DNA of 64,000 nt from Pelagomonas calceolata (lineage: Eukaryota), in contig CAKKNE010000003.1 in NCBI GenBank assembly GCA_918797485.1, positions 1,426,001-1,490,000 on the forward strand, given 5' to 3'. Position 1 is the stretch's first letter; every line of letters begins with the position of its first letter. Below, piece after piece: positions 30,532-41,752 of this stretch. The notes under the pieces are model-generated. The model worked only from the letters and a program-made list of their open reading frames with translations, made no database searches and had not been told where the DNA came from. A program made the position numbers and the translations under genes.

Positions 30532-30735
30532 ATTAAATTTTTACGGCGCCCTTTTTTTGGCTAGCTTACGGGAGCGCCAGCGGCCAGCAGATCTACACAC
30601 TCTTAAGGAGGTCTCTCGATACACATCGATACGACGCCGCAGCGTGCACTCGCCTCCAGCGCCTCCGAGTGCCGCCCTGGCTGCCAATTCCAAAAGCCAG
30701 CAAAAAGACGGCTCGAGCCGAGTAGGTAGCCTCCC

Positions 30736-31221
30736 ATGGCTAGCCTCACGCGCCCCGCGGCCTGGACCGAGGCGGAGCAAAAGCAGCTCGAAACGCTCGC
30801 GCGGCGCTACCCCTCGTCCGAGCACTCGCTCGTGACGCAGTGCGCCAAGATCGCCGCGGGGCTCCCGCGCAAATCTATTCGAGACGTCGGCGCGCGCCTA
30901 CGGCTGCTCGCGCTGGACCCGCTCGCGACGGCGCAGCCCGCGCGGCCCGGCACGGCGCGCCACGCGGCGCTCGAGAAGCAGTGCCGCGACCTCCTCCAAC
31001 AAAACGTCGCCGTCGTCAGCGAGATGCGCGAGAACTTGCACAAAATCCAGCTGATGGACAACATCCCGCTCATGCGGCGCTTCGACGCGAACGTCCGCGC
31101 GACCTTCGAGACGCTCGAGGCCCTGGAATCCGAGGCACAGATGCCGCCCTTCCCGCTGGAGGTGAACACGATGTACCTCGCGGGCGGCGGCGGGCTCCCG
31201 CCGCCGCCGCCGCTCGCGTGA
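30736..31221 (+). CDS. SANT/Myb-like protein with DUF3755-like C-terminus
   Basis: 'WTEAEQKQLE...YP...KIAAGLPRKSIRDVGARLR' plus 'LLQQN...N...NI.L...QMPPFPLEVN'. Confidence 0.75.
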   Translation: MASLTRPAAWTEAEQKQLETLARRYPSSEHSLVTQCAKIAAGLPRKSIRDVGARLRLLALDPLATAQPARPGTARHAALEKQCRDLLQQNVAVVSEMRENLHKIQLMDNIPLMRRFDANVRATFETLEALESEAQMPPFPLEVNTMYLAGGGGLPPPPPLA

Positions 31222-31333
31222 CGGGATATATGAATTAAGAGAAGCATATACCATCGAGCCAGATGGATCCCTACTAGGACCCTAGGGGCGGGGAGAACAC
31301 GCCATCGCCGCGGGATCATCAATATAAGCAACT

Positions 31334-33001
31334 TCAATTAACCTTCCGCCGACTCCGCGGGTTCTCGCCGTCGCCCAGCGCCGCCCGCAGCTTCGTGAAG
31401 AGCAGGTCCGCGACGGCCTCGTCCGTCGCCGCCACCGGCACTAGTAAAGGCGCCAGCGCCTTCACGCGCGCCCGGGCGTCGATGTCCGCGTGGGCCAACG
31501 CCGCCAGCAGCGCCGCCGCGATGCGCACCGTCTCGGCCCGCACCGATCGAGGCGGTGCCAGTCGATCCCCCGTGTCGTCCGTCGGCGGGAGGGGCGGCGC
31601 CGCAATATCAGAAGGTAAGCGTCCGACACAACACAAACCGCCGCGCGCGTGCTCGTAAACGGGCGGTCGGGCCGCGGGCGGTTCTGCCGGACCGCTCGCC
31701 AGCGCCGGCGGCTCGGCGTAGCGCGCGTGGGCCGCGGCTATTACAGCGGCAGCTAAATCGACGACGTTGCGCCGAGCTGCCACCGTCGCCGCGGACAGCG
31801 GTCCCGCGTCCACGAGGAGCAATAGTGCTTCCAACGCCGCGAGGCGGCACTCCGAGTCCACTATTCTCATATCATCTAAATCATGAAAAGCGAGGCGGTC
31901 CCGGCAGAGCTTCGCGACGTCTTGCGGCGTCTTCGCGAACGCGACGTTGTTCCACTCCGAGCTTCGGAGTTGGCCCAACGCCTCGAGGCTCCTCAAAGCC
32001 ATGTGGCGCTGGTGCATTTTCAGGCGCGCCAGCGCCCCGGGCTGCCTGAGTGCGTCCGCCAATCTGACAGATACTTTTGAGACGTCATTCTGATGAGGTA
32101 ATAATAAAGTAGACGCGTCCCGCGCCGCGCCGAAGTGTAGACCGGCGCGGATGACGCGGAAGACTCTCCTAGCTAGCCTCGCCTTGAGTCGAGGTTCGTC
32201 GCCGCATAACCCGCCTTCCACCCGTCTACAGCGGTGGATCGGCGGCGCGAGGCCCGGTAGACCCGCCGCCGCCCGTAATACTCTTTGTGTCGCGACATCA
32301 CCATCAAAACCCCGCAACAAGTAATGCCTCAGGATCGGCTGTTCCAAAAAAGCGCCGCCAATCTCGACGTGCTTGACCACAGACACGAGTATATCAATCG
32401 CGAAGGCGGCACTCTCCAAGCCTAATAACTCGGGTTCTAACAAATCCAGCACGTGATGCAGCAGCACGGGGTGGTTCGCGATCGCGCCTCGATTGACTGG
32501 CACTTGCGCGAGATTCCTTAAAATGGCCAACAACGCCCGAGCTAACCTTGATTCCGCCTTCCTCGCTTTGAGATCCACATTTACAGCAGTTAACTTCCAG
32601 GCCCAGGGGTCCTCGTCATCGCAATCGGTTGACGACGACGGTCGTAATAAAGGCAACGCTTGATCGAGTGCCGCCGCGACGCCGTCGAGCAACGGTCGCC
32701 TTTCTTCCAGGTTGTCGACCTCCACAGCAACAACTTCCAACTCCGCAGAACAAGTAAGCAACAAATTGACGGTCTTGTAGAAGTCCTTGTGCTGCGGGCC
32801 TTGGGGCAAAATCGCCCCGCTCTTCATCACAACGTGCATCGCGCCCAGCTCAGCAGAATCGGGGATGCGCCGCGGGCCGGCCCGCGCCGAAAACTTCTTG
32901 ATGACGGGCGGGCCCCCCGTGAAGCGCCTCCGCATCTTCTTCGGCTCTGCCGGGCGCCGCTTCTTCGGCTCGCCGGGTGTTGGTTGCGGCGGTTGCGACA
33001 T
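31334..33001 (-). CDS. Armadillo-like repeat protein, possibly ARID1/BAF250-C or LFR-like SWI/SNF subunit
   Basis: Basic N-terminus; 'ILRNLAQVPVNRGAIANHPVLL' resembles BAF250-C/LFR segments; helical L/A-rich repeats. Confidence 0.55.
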   Translation of the reverse strand: MSQPPQPTPGEPKKRRPAEPKKMRRRFTGGPPVIKKFSARAGPRRIPDSAELGAMHVVMKSGAILPQGPQHKDFYKTVNLLLTCSAELEVVAVEVDNLEERRPLLDGVAAALDQALPLLRPSSSTDCDDEDPWAWKLTAVNVDLKARKAESRLARALLAILRNLAQVPVNRGAIANHPVLLHHVLDLLEPELLGLESAAFAIDILVSVVKHVEIGGAFLEQPILRHYLLRGFDGDVATQRVLRAAAGLPGLAPPIHRCRRVEGGLCGDEPRLKARLARRVFRVIRAGLHFGAARDASTLLLPHQNDVSKVSVRLADALRQPGALARLKMHQRHMALRSLEALGQLRSSEWNNVAFAKTPQDVAKLCRDRLAFHDLDDMRIVDSECRLAALEALLLLVDAGPLSAATVAARRNVVDLAAAVIAAAHARYAEPPALASGPAEPPAARPPVYEHARGGLCCVGRLPSDIAAPPLPPTDDTGDRLAPPRSVRAETVRIAAALLAALAHADIDARARVKALAPLLVPVAATDEAVADLLFTKLRAALGDGENPRSRRKVN

Positions 33002-33222
33002 GTCCACGTCCTTTTGGGCTTGGTCTTACGGTGGGTAGCGATGCCGCGGCCTGAGCTCTCCTAGCTGGTGGTGCAGAGGCACCTTAGCAAGCGCACCGGT
33101 GGACTCGTAACGCCGGCGACGAGCTGCGATGCGAGAGTGGTGCTACAGCATGCGTTAGACAGTGCGTACGTGTCTCGGTAAGCACTCTGTCGGCAGCCAC
33201 GCGCTCGCATGCGCACGGACAA

Positions 33223-33245
33223 GCTAGCGTCCGTAAGACACTAGC
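33223..33245 (-). promoter_or_regulatory. Recurrent CTAG-bounded intergenic motif
   Basis: GCTAGCGTCCGTAAGACACTAGC, ~220 bp upstream of the minus-strand start at 33001. Confidence 0.55.
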
Positions 33246-34861
33246 ATGCGCGACCTTGCCTGTGCAGCTGTTCGAGTATCGTTCCGTTCGCTACTGGTCC
33301 AAAGAGATCAATGGGACACGTACTGGGGGCCGAAAAAGGAAATATTTTTAATTCGCGGTGACGGTGCCCCACGGTCTATGGCGGCTGCACCAGTGGAATC
33401 CTGTCAATCCCTGCCAAACAGGTCTCCCTGGGGTCGCCTAGGGTCGGTACTATACACGTGCAAGCGCCTACGTCGCGTACGCCGCCGCTTCAAGCATTTT
33501 TGGTCGATTTCTCTCAGCAGCCCGCGGCGCTATAGCATTTTTAGGGCTAGTTTGCTTTTATAGCCCTCCGAGAGCACTAGGCCGCCGCGTCGATGGCGTA
33601 TGCGGTACAGGCGCTTACCCACTACTAGACCTACCTCAGAGGGAGTTCTGGAGCCGACCTGCATCCGAAAAAAGTAAATAATTAGGACCCGATGGCGCCC
33701 CGTCCCCGTAAAAAACGTCAATTTTTCTAGGGCCCCAGGAATCGTAATAGCGGTCTCGTCGGGTCCCATACTACCCCACCGATAGTCAATTACGAGTATA
33801 TGACATCTACACGCCGAGAAGGGTACTTTTGGCTGCCCACGCTCGGGACGTGAACATCTGCATCTGGACCTCGCGCAAGTCGGTCAGTCATGAAACAAAT
33901 GATCGCGTTATGGTCCATGGTGATGGTACACGGGCTGATGGTCGCAGATTCAGGCTGCGTGCCCATTTAAGCCAGATCGTGGGGCTCCGAGTCCGACAAG
34001 GCGCGAGTTGGAAACGGGACCGGTCATTCAATGTGGTAGTCATCCAGGCCGGTTATATGGCCCGTCCCACAACCGAAACGCCTAAAACGCGAATTTATTT
34101 CACAACTCACCGGTCTGGGGCCTTTCCGGTGCCTCGCGTACGTACCGTCGTCCGCGGAGAACGGGCAAGTCGGTCGATTGTGAATAGAACAACGGCGTTA
34201 TGATCCATCTGGATGGTGGCGTCGCTGATATTGTCTGGGTCTACTAATTTGCCCGTCTTTACATGAAGGCGAGGTCGCGAAGTCGACGAATCCCGCGGCT
34301 CATACGGATCAAGAGACTGGGCTCAATAAATATTGAGGCGGGCTGGATGGAATCTACCCCCACCAAACGGAATGAAACGAACATAAACTCGGGAGTTGTC
34401 TAGTAGAATTCTTTTCCCGCCCTCCGAGCGCGGGCCGTCGGCTCCGGTTCCGTCGATTGTGGATGAAAACTGGACTGGAGTTGATATAATGTCCCATTTG
34501 GACGGTAGATGGCGCCACCAAACGCTGGTGTGTTTTGAAAACTCGTAAGACTCATCCGTGAATGTCGCGGGCGGTGCCTTCCGGGAGGCGCGAGGGTATG
34601 TTCCCGGGCCGCTACTCTGAAATATTTGGTCTCGGCGAACGACCAGGATGTATTCTGAATTTGGGCCATTCTTTTGACGCTATCGAAGCGTATCTTTAAA
34701 ATAGCTAGTGTGTCGATTACGCTAGCTCCGATTTTTATTGCAAGCCGGCTAACGCCTTCTGGGAGTTGGACAGCGGCTCGACGGAACTTCCGTGAGAAGA
34801 CGCCATCGACGCGGTGCCTACTAGTAAACGTGGGGGATTCGGTCTTACACAAGCTTGCTCC

Positions 34862-35344
34862 TCAGGTCTCCTGCGTGGCTTCCCAGTCCTGCGACACTTG
34901 CGGCGGGCTCGAGTCCTCCGGCCGCGCGCGCTTCCGCGGCGCTTCCGCGGCGCCCTCGCCGGCCGCCGGCGCGGCGAGCTGCTTGCGCTTGTCGGCGACG
35001 CGGCGGTCGAACTGGACGCCCGCCTTGAAGTAGTCGAGGCGCGAGGGGGCGGCCATGTGCAATAACTCCTCCTCGATGGCCGTCACGGTGTCGAGCAGCT
35101 CCTCGTAGGTCTTGCACTGGTCGGCGTAGGCCGCGCGGAGCTTGGAGCGCACGCCCGTCCGCTCCTCGACCGTGAGGAACCGGCGCCACTCGAGCGGCGG
35201 CTTGGCGGCGGCGCCGTTGCGCTGGCGCTGGAGCGGCATCGACGCGGCGCGCGCGAGCCCGTCCCGCGAGCTGCTGCTGCTGATGTTGCCGGCGTCGGAG
35301 GTGAGCGCGGTCTGCGCGAGGTTGAAGAGGGCGGCGCCCGACAT
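34862..35344 (-). CDS. Small KIX (Med15-like) domain protein
   Basis: 'WRRFLTVEERTGVRSKL...AIEEELLHMAAPSRLDYF' fits the KIX three-helix pattern. Confidence 0.6.
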   Translation of the reverse strand: MSGAALFNLAQTALTSDAGNISSSSSRDGLARAASMPLQRQRNGAAAKPPLEWRRFLTVEERTGVRSKLRAAYADQCKTYEELLDTVTAIEEELLHMAAPSRLDYFKAGVQFDRRVADKRKQLAAPAAGEGAAEAPRKRARPEDSSPPQVSQDWEATQET

Positions 35345-35959
35345 TGTATCGGTGTGTGCGCTGTGACGGCCTGCGCGCGGCGTCGGGTTAAAGCGCTGCC
35401 GCCGCCGCGTCCGAGACGAAACCACCCAGGGCGTCGCCGCGCGACCGGCGGCGCAGTGATTCGCGTGCGCAGCGGCGCGGCGTATGCTACGAGCGCGCGC
35501 GAGCCGCCGCGGGAGGCGCGCGCCGCGCCCGCCTCGTAACCGCACCCCCTCGCGTGTTCCGCTGTTTACAGCTGCTACAGACGCTGGTGACGCGCGCCAA
35601 GCTCAGTAGTGCTTCTCGTGTGTATGCTTTGATACGTGCGCTAGCCGCGCTGTGTATTTTTAGCTGCGCGCGGCTGTTTAGAGCAGCCGGGGACCTTTCC
35701 CTTGCGCACCTCCTCGCGGATGTGGGTGGCTAACAAAAGCGCCGGAAGCTCTGGTAAAAGGCAAGGAGAGGTAGTCGGAATGGGAGGGAGGGAGCTCTGC
35801 TCGGCAGTATGTTTGCGTAGGTGGCGGGTTTTGCGCCCAAAATGCCCACAAAAAGTGGCTAAACCAAATTCCACGGCCTGCCGCCTTGATCTGCGCTCGC
35901 AGCATCAATAATTTGTGGTACAGTTGACGAATTCGAAAGCTCAGGTTGCCAGAGGCAGT

Positions 35960-37011
35960 ATGAAGCCCGCAGAGGCAAAGCGCCTCGCAGCTCTCGCAGA
36001 CTGTGAAGGCGACGCATGGAAGGCGAAATCCATTCAAAGATTGTGGGCAGGAATGGGAACGATCTATGAGCTGTCGTGCGGCGACGAGCGCATCATTGCC
36101 AAAGTCGTAAAGCTGCCAAAGCGCTGCGACAGCGTCGGCGACCGGCGCAAGGCGAAATCGTACGAGTGCGAAGCAGCATTCTACCGGGACGGCTATGCCG
36201 CACAGCTGCTGGACGCCGGCGTCGTGGTCCCGAGGCCGCTGCACGTCGAGGCACGCAGCGATGGCGTCACCATAGTCATGTCGCGCCTCGACGGCAGACC
36301 GGGAGCGTTCGACCGGCGCGGGACGGAGACGGCGCTTGCTGCGTTAGCCCGGCTCCATGCGTGCTTCTGGGGGCCAAGGGCCGACGAGGCGGTCGCTGGG
36401 GGACTCCAGGAACAGGGCACGATGTGGTGCGTTCACGAGTCAGAAACGTCGATGTCCCTTCTCGATGGTCACTTCCACGCAGGTACTTGGACACGAGAGC
36501 CGACGAGTTCGCGTCAATGCCGACAAAGGGGTGGGAGGGGCGGTTAAGATTAGCGGCCAAAGCCATCGACGCGCGACTCAAAGCCGATCCGATGCAGAGC
36601 GTCGTCCACGGCGACCCCAAAGACGCGAACTTTTACTTCGCGGCGGACGGCACGCCGCAGCTCTACGATTTTCAGTACTGCGGCAAGGCCTGTCCCGCGA
36701 AGGACGTGGCCTACTGCTTGTGCTGCGGGTCGTCGGCGTGGGACGCGGCGGACGAACTGGCGCGCGGCTACCATCGGGATCTGTCCACCGCGCTGGCGTC
36801 GCGCGGTGAAGAGCCGCCACCCGTCGACGAGTTCCTCGAGACGCTCCAACTGGCCTACGCGGACCTCGGCCGGTGGATGAGCGGCTGGGGCTGGTGGGGC
36901 AACGACCTCGAGCCCCGCATCTGTCGACTCCTGGACCGCCTCGACGGCGGCACAGCCCTCGCGTCGGCGGAGGAGTATGGAGCGGCCGTCGCGCGCGAGT
37001 TCCCTGTGTGA
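35960..37011 (+). CDS. Ecdysteroid-kinase/APH-like small-molecule phosphotransferase; exons 35960-36426 and 36483-37011
   Basis: 'SYECEAAFY', 'LARLHACFW', 'GTMW|YLDTR', Brenner-type 'HGDPKDANF' and 'YDFQYCG'; 56-bp GT-AG intron 36427-36482. Confidence 0.85.
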
Positions 37012-37172
37012 TGTAATGAAGCCCCTCGGACGATCTCTCCGAGACGCCCTGACGTCGGCTTGACGCCGTCGACGAGGGAATGTAACCTGTACTGCTACTA
37101 CTTGTAGGACCGTCGCCGCGGGGCCAGGACGATAAGTACACATCGTGTTTACCCGGGAGAGGACACCAGCAC

Positions 37173-39875
37173 CTAGGCGAGGTAGCGGTACGCGTTCGCC
37201 ACCTCCGGGTCGCGCTCGAGGTACTCGCGGTCGATGAGGGCCTCGATGCGGCGCTTGATGACCTTCGGGTTCGGGCGGAAGAAGGCCAATTGGCTGAGGA
37301 CCTCGGCCAGTAAAGACTGGTGCGACAGCGCCTTTCTAGCTTTCATGATGCGCACGACGGCGGCCTCGATCGCCACGGTCCTATCTTCTTCCACGCGCTT
37401 CGGGTTGTGCGACTCGTCCAGCGACGCCATCGGCACTCTTATCTTCCGCATGGGACACGAGAACTTCGTGTTCACCGCAAACGAATCAGTAAGAGCCACT
37501 CGAGACGACATGGGCGTCTTGGCCAGGACCTTGTACTTGCCACAAGCCAATGAGTGTAAGACGCGTTTCAGGTGCTCGTCCGGCAGGTTCACTCGCTCAG
37601 CTACCTGGGCATAAGTAAGTGTCTGGGAAGCACCGTCCACGGGATTGAACGTAAGCAGTACAATAGCCTGCAACGTAGCCACCTGCAGGTCATAGGCCTT
37701 CTTCCCGAAAAACGCCTTCACCGAAGCGTTCCCGAGCGACCACATCCACGTGACCCTTCTCTTACTATTCTTCTCATCATAATAGTCCTTGAAGACCTTG
37801 GTGCACTGGACGATCTCCGGCGGGAGGTGGGCGTCGATGGACGCGAACGTCGGCCAGTAGCCCGTCGTGAGCACCTGGACGCTGAAGTCCAATTTACCGG
37901 TCGATCTTGAAGAGTCGGCCTTGACGTAGCTCTCGAAGTCGGCCTGGTGGTCGTGGCCGATCGCTAAATCATTTAGCATGCCCTCCTGCGTTGATACAAA
38001 AATGGTGAGCGCCTCGCGATCGACGCGACGTCCGCTTGCGCTCGTGTGTGTTGAGATGTCGCGTCGATGGCGTCGGGGGCCGCCCATACGCCATCGCCGC
38101 GACGCTCTCGCCGCGTCGATGGCGTACGGGCTGTACCATACTCTACGGAGGGGCAGCGCGCTTCGCAGAGACGCCCGCTCGATGCGTCGCGACGACGGCG
38201 TCGAGTCAAAGGAAGGGACGCCGCGCACGCACCATCTTGCCCGTGAACTGGGACCCGCATCTCAATTTCAACTTGCCGATCATCAGGCGTTCCGCGTCGT
38301 CCGACGCCGAGCGCTGGTTCAGCAGTCGCTTCGCGAGCTGGTTCCGATAGATCTCCGCGAAGAGATCCTTATCGGTCAGGTACGAGAACAGCTGCACCGT
38401 CTTCTCGAGGAAGGCCTCCACGTCTTCGTCACCGAGCTTTTCGCCTCCCGACTTGAGGATCCGGTCACAAAAAGAAGACATCAGTTCGGCATTCGTGTGC
38501 TTCCCGACATCTCGGTTCGCAAATTCGACGAAGGCCTCCTTGAGCGCTTTCTGGAAGAGCGCGTTGCCCCCGAACTGTTCACTGACTACCGCGAGGTACT
38601 TGTCGTGCAAGGCCAACAACTCCTTGACGAAGGCGGGGTCTTGGTTCGAGTCCTTGGCGCCCTCGGACAGTCGCGCCTCCCTCCGGTCAATGATGTCGTT
38701 GCCCATCTGCTCGATGTGGGCTCGCACGAGCGCGGCCATGGGCGGTAACCCATGAGTGGGCGTGTTGGGCACCCTACCGAAGAGGCGGTACATCCGCGCG
38801 AGGTCGGCTTTCCTGTCGTTCGCTAGCAGCGCTCTACAGCCGGAACCTTCCTTCTCGAGGAGTACGGTCTCTCGCAACTCCAGGATCTCGTGCTCGCAGA
38901 CTCGCAACAACTTGGGCTCCGAGGCGCCGTTGAGGTAGTGGGCCACTCTAGCCGCTTCCGCCTCGAGGGCCACCTCGGCCTTCGCGAGATAGGCCGGTGC
39001 GTCGTCCGACTCGACCCACTCTTGGGATTTGCGCGCGTAGTACTCTTTGGTAGAAGCGAGGAGCTGGTCCTCGAAGTCCGTGACATACGCATCCAAGGAC
39101 CCCATGCCCATGGCTTCGAGCAGCTCCACCGTGTTTTTGACCAAAGCCCGATCGATGAGGGCCTGGTCCCGTTCCGCGTCGATGAGCGCGATCATCGCAT
39201 TAACTACATCTTTTTTGACCTCGTTGTAGACTAGGGTCTTGAAATGTTTCAATCCAGCAACATCTAACGTAGGCAAGGAGTGGTGCTTGACATAATACCG
39301 ATCCAAATACATGAAGAAGAGCCGCATCCACTTGTTCATGATCTTGTGGTTCGACCACCGCACGGTGAGCTCTGTTAGTAAGGCGTTGCCGGATTTTTGC
39401 TTGAGGGCCGGTAGGACGGTTTTTGAGAGGTAGTCGCAGATGGTTTCTCCATGGCGCTGGTAGAGTTGCTCCGACCAGTTGTACGGGCTTCTTTGAGTAC
39501 ACATATTGTAACAAGTAGTATACGTCTGGACGTACTCCTTGGGGTCAAATAAGCGGGGCTTGTTTTTATCTAGACCGGTGTTGAGCATGTCCTCGAGCAC
39601 CTGCGCGCGAATCAACCAGTGAAGACGGGGCCGTGCCGACCGAATCGAGCGGCGAGAGACCCACACCGCCACGCCATCGAGCTGGCGTGTCGCGTCGATG
39701 GCGTATGATTGAGCCGTGGGCGAAGGCGTCGCGTCGATGGCGTGGGGGTCGTGTTCTAGCCGTGGGCGGAGAAGCCGCGGCGGTAGATTTATGCGCTGGC
39801 GAGCACGTCGATGGCCTTGGCTTTAATTTCATTGTTCCAGCCCTCCTCGAGGGCGATGATCTTGGGGCTCAACAT
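37173..39875 (-). CDS. CUL1: Cullin-1-like protein; exons 39875-39807, 39600-38233 and 37985-37173
   Basis: 'YNMCTQRSPYNWSEQLY', 'DKDLFAEIYRNQLAKRLL', 'GKM|EGMLNDL', neddylation 'AVVRIMKARK', C-terminal 'LIDREYLERD...YRYLA'. Confidence 0.93.
37986..38232 (-). mobile_element. Introner-derived intron (247 bp, GT-AG) with multiple core palindromes
   Basis: Several ACGCCATCGACGCG/CGATGGCGT copies; ends TATCAACGCAG. Confidence 0.72.
39601..39806 (-). mobile_element. Introner intron (206 bp, GT-AG), CAGCGCATAAA-end variant
   Basis: TSD GTGCTCGC/GTGCTCGA (7/8); right end TTCACTGGTTGATTCGCGCGCAG; multiple cores. Confidence 0.88.
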
Positions 39876-40256
39876 CGTGGAGGCGTCGGCGCGGCGCTTT
39901 TGTTTTGTATCTGGTCACCCTCGCGGGTCGCTGCGCCTTGGCGGCTAGGGCGGCGCTTGCTCGCAGCGCGCGCTCTCCGGCGTCGAGCGGCCTCTAGAGC
40001 GCTGTGGGCTGACCGCGCGCGCGCTGATTGCGCGTCGCGTGGCGTCGTCTGGCGGGCCTCCTGCTGGTCAAAAGAGGCCTAAAGCCTAAAAATCGATTCA
40101 CGGGTTTTCAAACTCCAATTTACCTATCCCTACGACCGGCCAACGCCTCGATGAGGACCACTCCGCCGGGCCACCCCGTCTCCGACCTGTAGATACGCGA
40201 CTGGGTACTATTCACAGACGTTATACGCAACAAAAGGGGGAGCTAGCTTCCCGGAG

Positions 40257-40320
40257 TCCCGTCTTCGTCGGGCCGGCGGAGGTCAAACGTACCTCGCGCC
40301 GGCCGTCATTGGTGTCGGGA
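40257..40320 (-). promoter_or_regulatory. Putative SECIS element in the glutaredoxin 3' UTR
   Basis: Minus strand: UCCCG/CGGGA lower helix, AUGAC...CGAC tandem GA core, GGCCGGCG/CGCCGGCC upper helix, GAGGU/ACCUC apical stem; lacks the canonical apical AA. Confidence 0.65.
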
Positions 40321-40332
40321 GTTCGGTCGTCG

Positions 40333-40689
40333 TCAGTTGATTGCGGCCGTCAAGGCCGACTCGAGCGCGCCCGCCGACGCGAGGCGTTTCATGTCGTCGT
40401 CGCCTCCGATGAACTTGGAATTGATGAAGACCTGCGGCACGGTGGTCCGCCCGGACGTCTTCTTCAGAAGCTGCTGGACGGGGCCGTTGCGCGGTTCGCC
40501 GATCACGTCGAGCTCGGTCACGTCCATGCGGAGGCCTCGTATCTGGCGTAGCATTCGCAGCGTGTTCTGGGCATAGGGTCAGTAGGACTTCGAGAAGACG
40601 ACGGCGGTGTCGCGTAGCGCCATTTTATCTCGTACCAAGGTCTCTGGGTTGTATGAGCTTGGTGGCATGCTGGACGAGGACAGGCCCAT
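40333..40689 (-). CDS. Selenocysteine-containing glutaredoxin (U-P-Y-A active site), TGA at 40579-40581
   Basis: Continuous frame VVFSKSY-TGA-PYAQ...TVPQVFINSKFIGGDDD; the TGA sits exactly at the first Cys of the CPYC motif. Confidence 0.85.
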
Positions 40690-40870
40690 GAATGCGTGCC
40701 GCGAACGTCTGCCGACCGCTGCAGCCCTCCGGAGCACCAATTGGCTAGCTATGGTGTTTCGTGGGGTAATGCACGTCGCACAAGGCTGACACGACTCCCA
40801 CTGTGCCGCAGAGCTGGCTGGAGCAGCTTTGTGCTGCCGCCTAGACGCACGCATCGGTGCCGAGATCGAT

Positions 40871-41488
40871 ATGGCTCGACGACACGTACTGCGCACAGCT
40901 CTCGTGATCAGCAGCACTGCAGGATTCCAACGCCTCACGCGCCCGCTATGCAGCAGACGAGCCGTGCGCCCACCAGCGGCCGCCAGAGACGGCGACGACG
41001 CGAAACCGCTGGACTACTACAAAGGAATGATAACGTCGAAGCCCACTGCGGACGACGGCGATAAGGACATGCTCACGCCGACTTTGAAGCTCGCCGGCGG
41101 CGCGTCAGCGCTCCTCGTCGCATTGCTCGCGGCATTTTTCGCGGTGAACATGGACGTACCACCGGCGAACGCCATCGACACTCTTGATGGGCGCACGTTC
41201 GAGCCGCGTGGTGTGACACCCCTCGATACGGGCGTGTTTGTGATTGGTTGTATCCCGTTCCTATGGGCGACGTGGGAGTTCTGGCGGCGCATCGCCGTCG
41301 GTGCGAGTTTTGGCACGGGCAAGGACGCCGTCGTCTTCGACACGGGCGACGACGCCGACGACGATCAAATCCGGAGGTTCGGCGGCCGCCGCGTCCTCGG
41401 AAAAGGAGCGCTCGCCGTGGCGTATGTGCTCTTCGCGGCGGCGGGCGGGAGCGTGCTGCTCGCCGTCTACGCGGCCCTGAATGTCTGA
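40871..41488 (+). CDS. Probable plastid-targeted membrane protein
   Basis: Signal peptide ending 'TAG-F', TM segments and '[25 protein letters not shown]...RRVLGKGAL'. Confidence 0.65.
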   Translation: MARRHVLRTALVISSTAGFQRLTRPLCSRRAVRPPAAARDGDDAKPLDYYKGMITSKPTADDGDKDMLTPTLKLAGGASALLVALLAAFFAVNMDVPPANAIDTLDGRTFEPRGVTPLDTGVFVIGCIPFLWATWEFWRRIAVGASFGTGKDAVVFDTGDDADDDQIRRFGGRRVLGKGALAVAYVLFAAAGGSVLLAVYAALNV

Positions 41489-41497
41489 GGTTCCTGT

Positions 41498-41580
41498 GAC
41501 GCCATCGACGCAGGGACGCCGCGGCGATGGCGTGCAGCTTGCGTAGACGCCATCGACGCGAGGATGCCGCGTCGATGGTG
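41498..41580. repeat. Two hairpins made of introner core motifs without recognisable TIRs, in a 3' UTR/intergenic region
   Basis: ACGCCATCG...CGATGGCGT and CGCCATCGACGCG...CGCGTCGATGGTG. Confidence 0.7.
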
Positions 41581-41752
41581 GGGCGGCGGCGGCTAGCCCT
41601 CCCTCTTGTAAGTTATTATTGTCGTTACGTTACTATATACAAGGTATGTACAGGGGGGTGAGGGGGGGCGGGCGTCTGATTTTCTCTTGAGCGTATGTAC
41701 AAGTACCCCGTCGCCAGGGGGGCGGCCGTTTTTAGCGTTGTGGCACCAACGT

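Noticed and set aside
33538..33546. TTTAGGG telomere-like sequence
   Set aside because: Single copy, not tandem
37986..38232. Repeated palindromic ACGCCATCGACGCG units as a CRISPR array or bacterial REP elements
   Set aside because: Units are irregularly spaced, inverted and confined to spliceosomal introns and UTRs of a eukaryotic genome; no cas genes
40579..40581. Glutaredoxin TGA as a pseudogene stop or intron boundary
   Set aside because: Both flanks are intact and in frame, the TGA aligns to the catalytic Cys and a SECIS-like hairpin follows, so Sec is the better explanation
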